Source: Candidatus Avispirillum sp. (GTDB lineage Bacteria > Bacillota > Clostridia > Oscillospirales > CAG-272). From it: a DNA stretch of 64,000 bases. The notes below the pieces were generated by a model that was given only the letters and a program-made list of their open reading frames with translations, did no database searches and had not been told where the DNA came from. This document shows positions 63,812 through 64,000 of the stretch, one piece after another. Location of the stretch: contig JAZTXZ010000109.1 in NCBI GenBank assembly GCA_045636685.1, forward strand, positions 10,381 to 74,380, read 5' to 3'. The position numbers and the translations under genes are program-made. Position 1 is the stretch's first letter; each line of letters begins with the position of its first letter.

Positions 63812-64000
63812 TTATTCCTCACAAAGGCCTATGGCCTCCATATATTTTTTCATCTGGTTTTCGCTGGGGTGGTAATCGGGGTGGGAGCAGCAAGGGAGGG
63901 TGGGCTCGCTTCCGTCCTCTCCGTAGAAGGGGGAAAGACGATCGTTTTCGTAAAGCAGGCAATCCTCTTCCCTGTCAAAGTCGGGTATCATATAAGGCTT
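63812..64000 (-). CDS. Hypothetical protein, C-terminal 62 codons (gene continues beyond the window)
   Basis: Hand translation of the minus strand is open from 64000 to the TAA at 63814-63812: ...KPYMIPDFDREEDCLLYENDRLSPFYGEDGSEPTLPCCSHPDYHPSENQMKKYMEAIGLCEE*. It is not in the ORF track because no start lies in the window. Confidence 0.4.
   Translation of the reverse strand, partial: KPYMIPDFDREEDCLLYENDRLSPFYGEDGSEPTLPCCSHPDYHPSENQMKKYMEAIGLCEE

Noticed and set aside
63883-63894. 12-nt match (GGGAGCAGCAAG) to the core of the RAYT-internal hairpin, inside the partial CDS at the window end.
   Set aside because: There is no GTAG/CTAC head and no complementary arm, and it lies within a coding frame. 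It is most likely chance.

Overview
64-kb chromosomal window from a Gram-positive anaerobe. The Clostridia assignment, and a Ruminococcus/Oscillospiraceae-like source, are inferences from a dockerin module, gene content and codon usage. No rRNA, tRNA or CRISPR was seen. Gene content in order: a transglutaminase-like membrane protein, mini-RNase III, and a ydjI/ydjG/ydjH-like SPFH/zinc-ribbon/TPM membrane module. Then glycerate kinase, a TetR regulator, a nucleoside hydrolase, and a T-box leader in front of a TIM-barrel::acyl-CoA-synthetase fusion. Next come the dgt-like/dnaG/rpoD operon, a heterodimeric ABC exporter, a P-type Ca-ATPase, and an xpt plus BMP-type nucleoside ABC importer operon. 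After a cysteine desulfurase/DUF3343 pair sits an orphan phage packaging module (TerL, portal, Prp-like). The rest holds a Cys-rich protein, a sugar isomerase/oxidoreductase pair, a GNAT, an IS200-like/RAYT-type Y1 transposase, tandem BNR sialidase-like paralogs, the CpsB/C/D tyrosine phosphoregulatory module, tandem NahK-like kinases, serC-serA, rluA, a dockerin protein, an acyltransferase, a GltS-like transporter, decayed LRR and spoVT/abrB-like genes, and glgA. Three observations stand out. (1) A T-box whose fold places a CUC (Leu) specifier upstream of the acyl-CoA-synthetase fusion, a candidate branched-chain-acid activation step. (2) A family of GTAG-headed REP/REPIN-like hairpins includes two TIR-bounded ~180-196 bp elements and two perfect inverted 24-mers inside the RAYT-like gene itself. 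(3) An importer ABC ATPase carries a ~170-aa insertion with three hydrophobic helices. All functional calls rest on motif recognition by eye; no database search was run.
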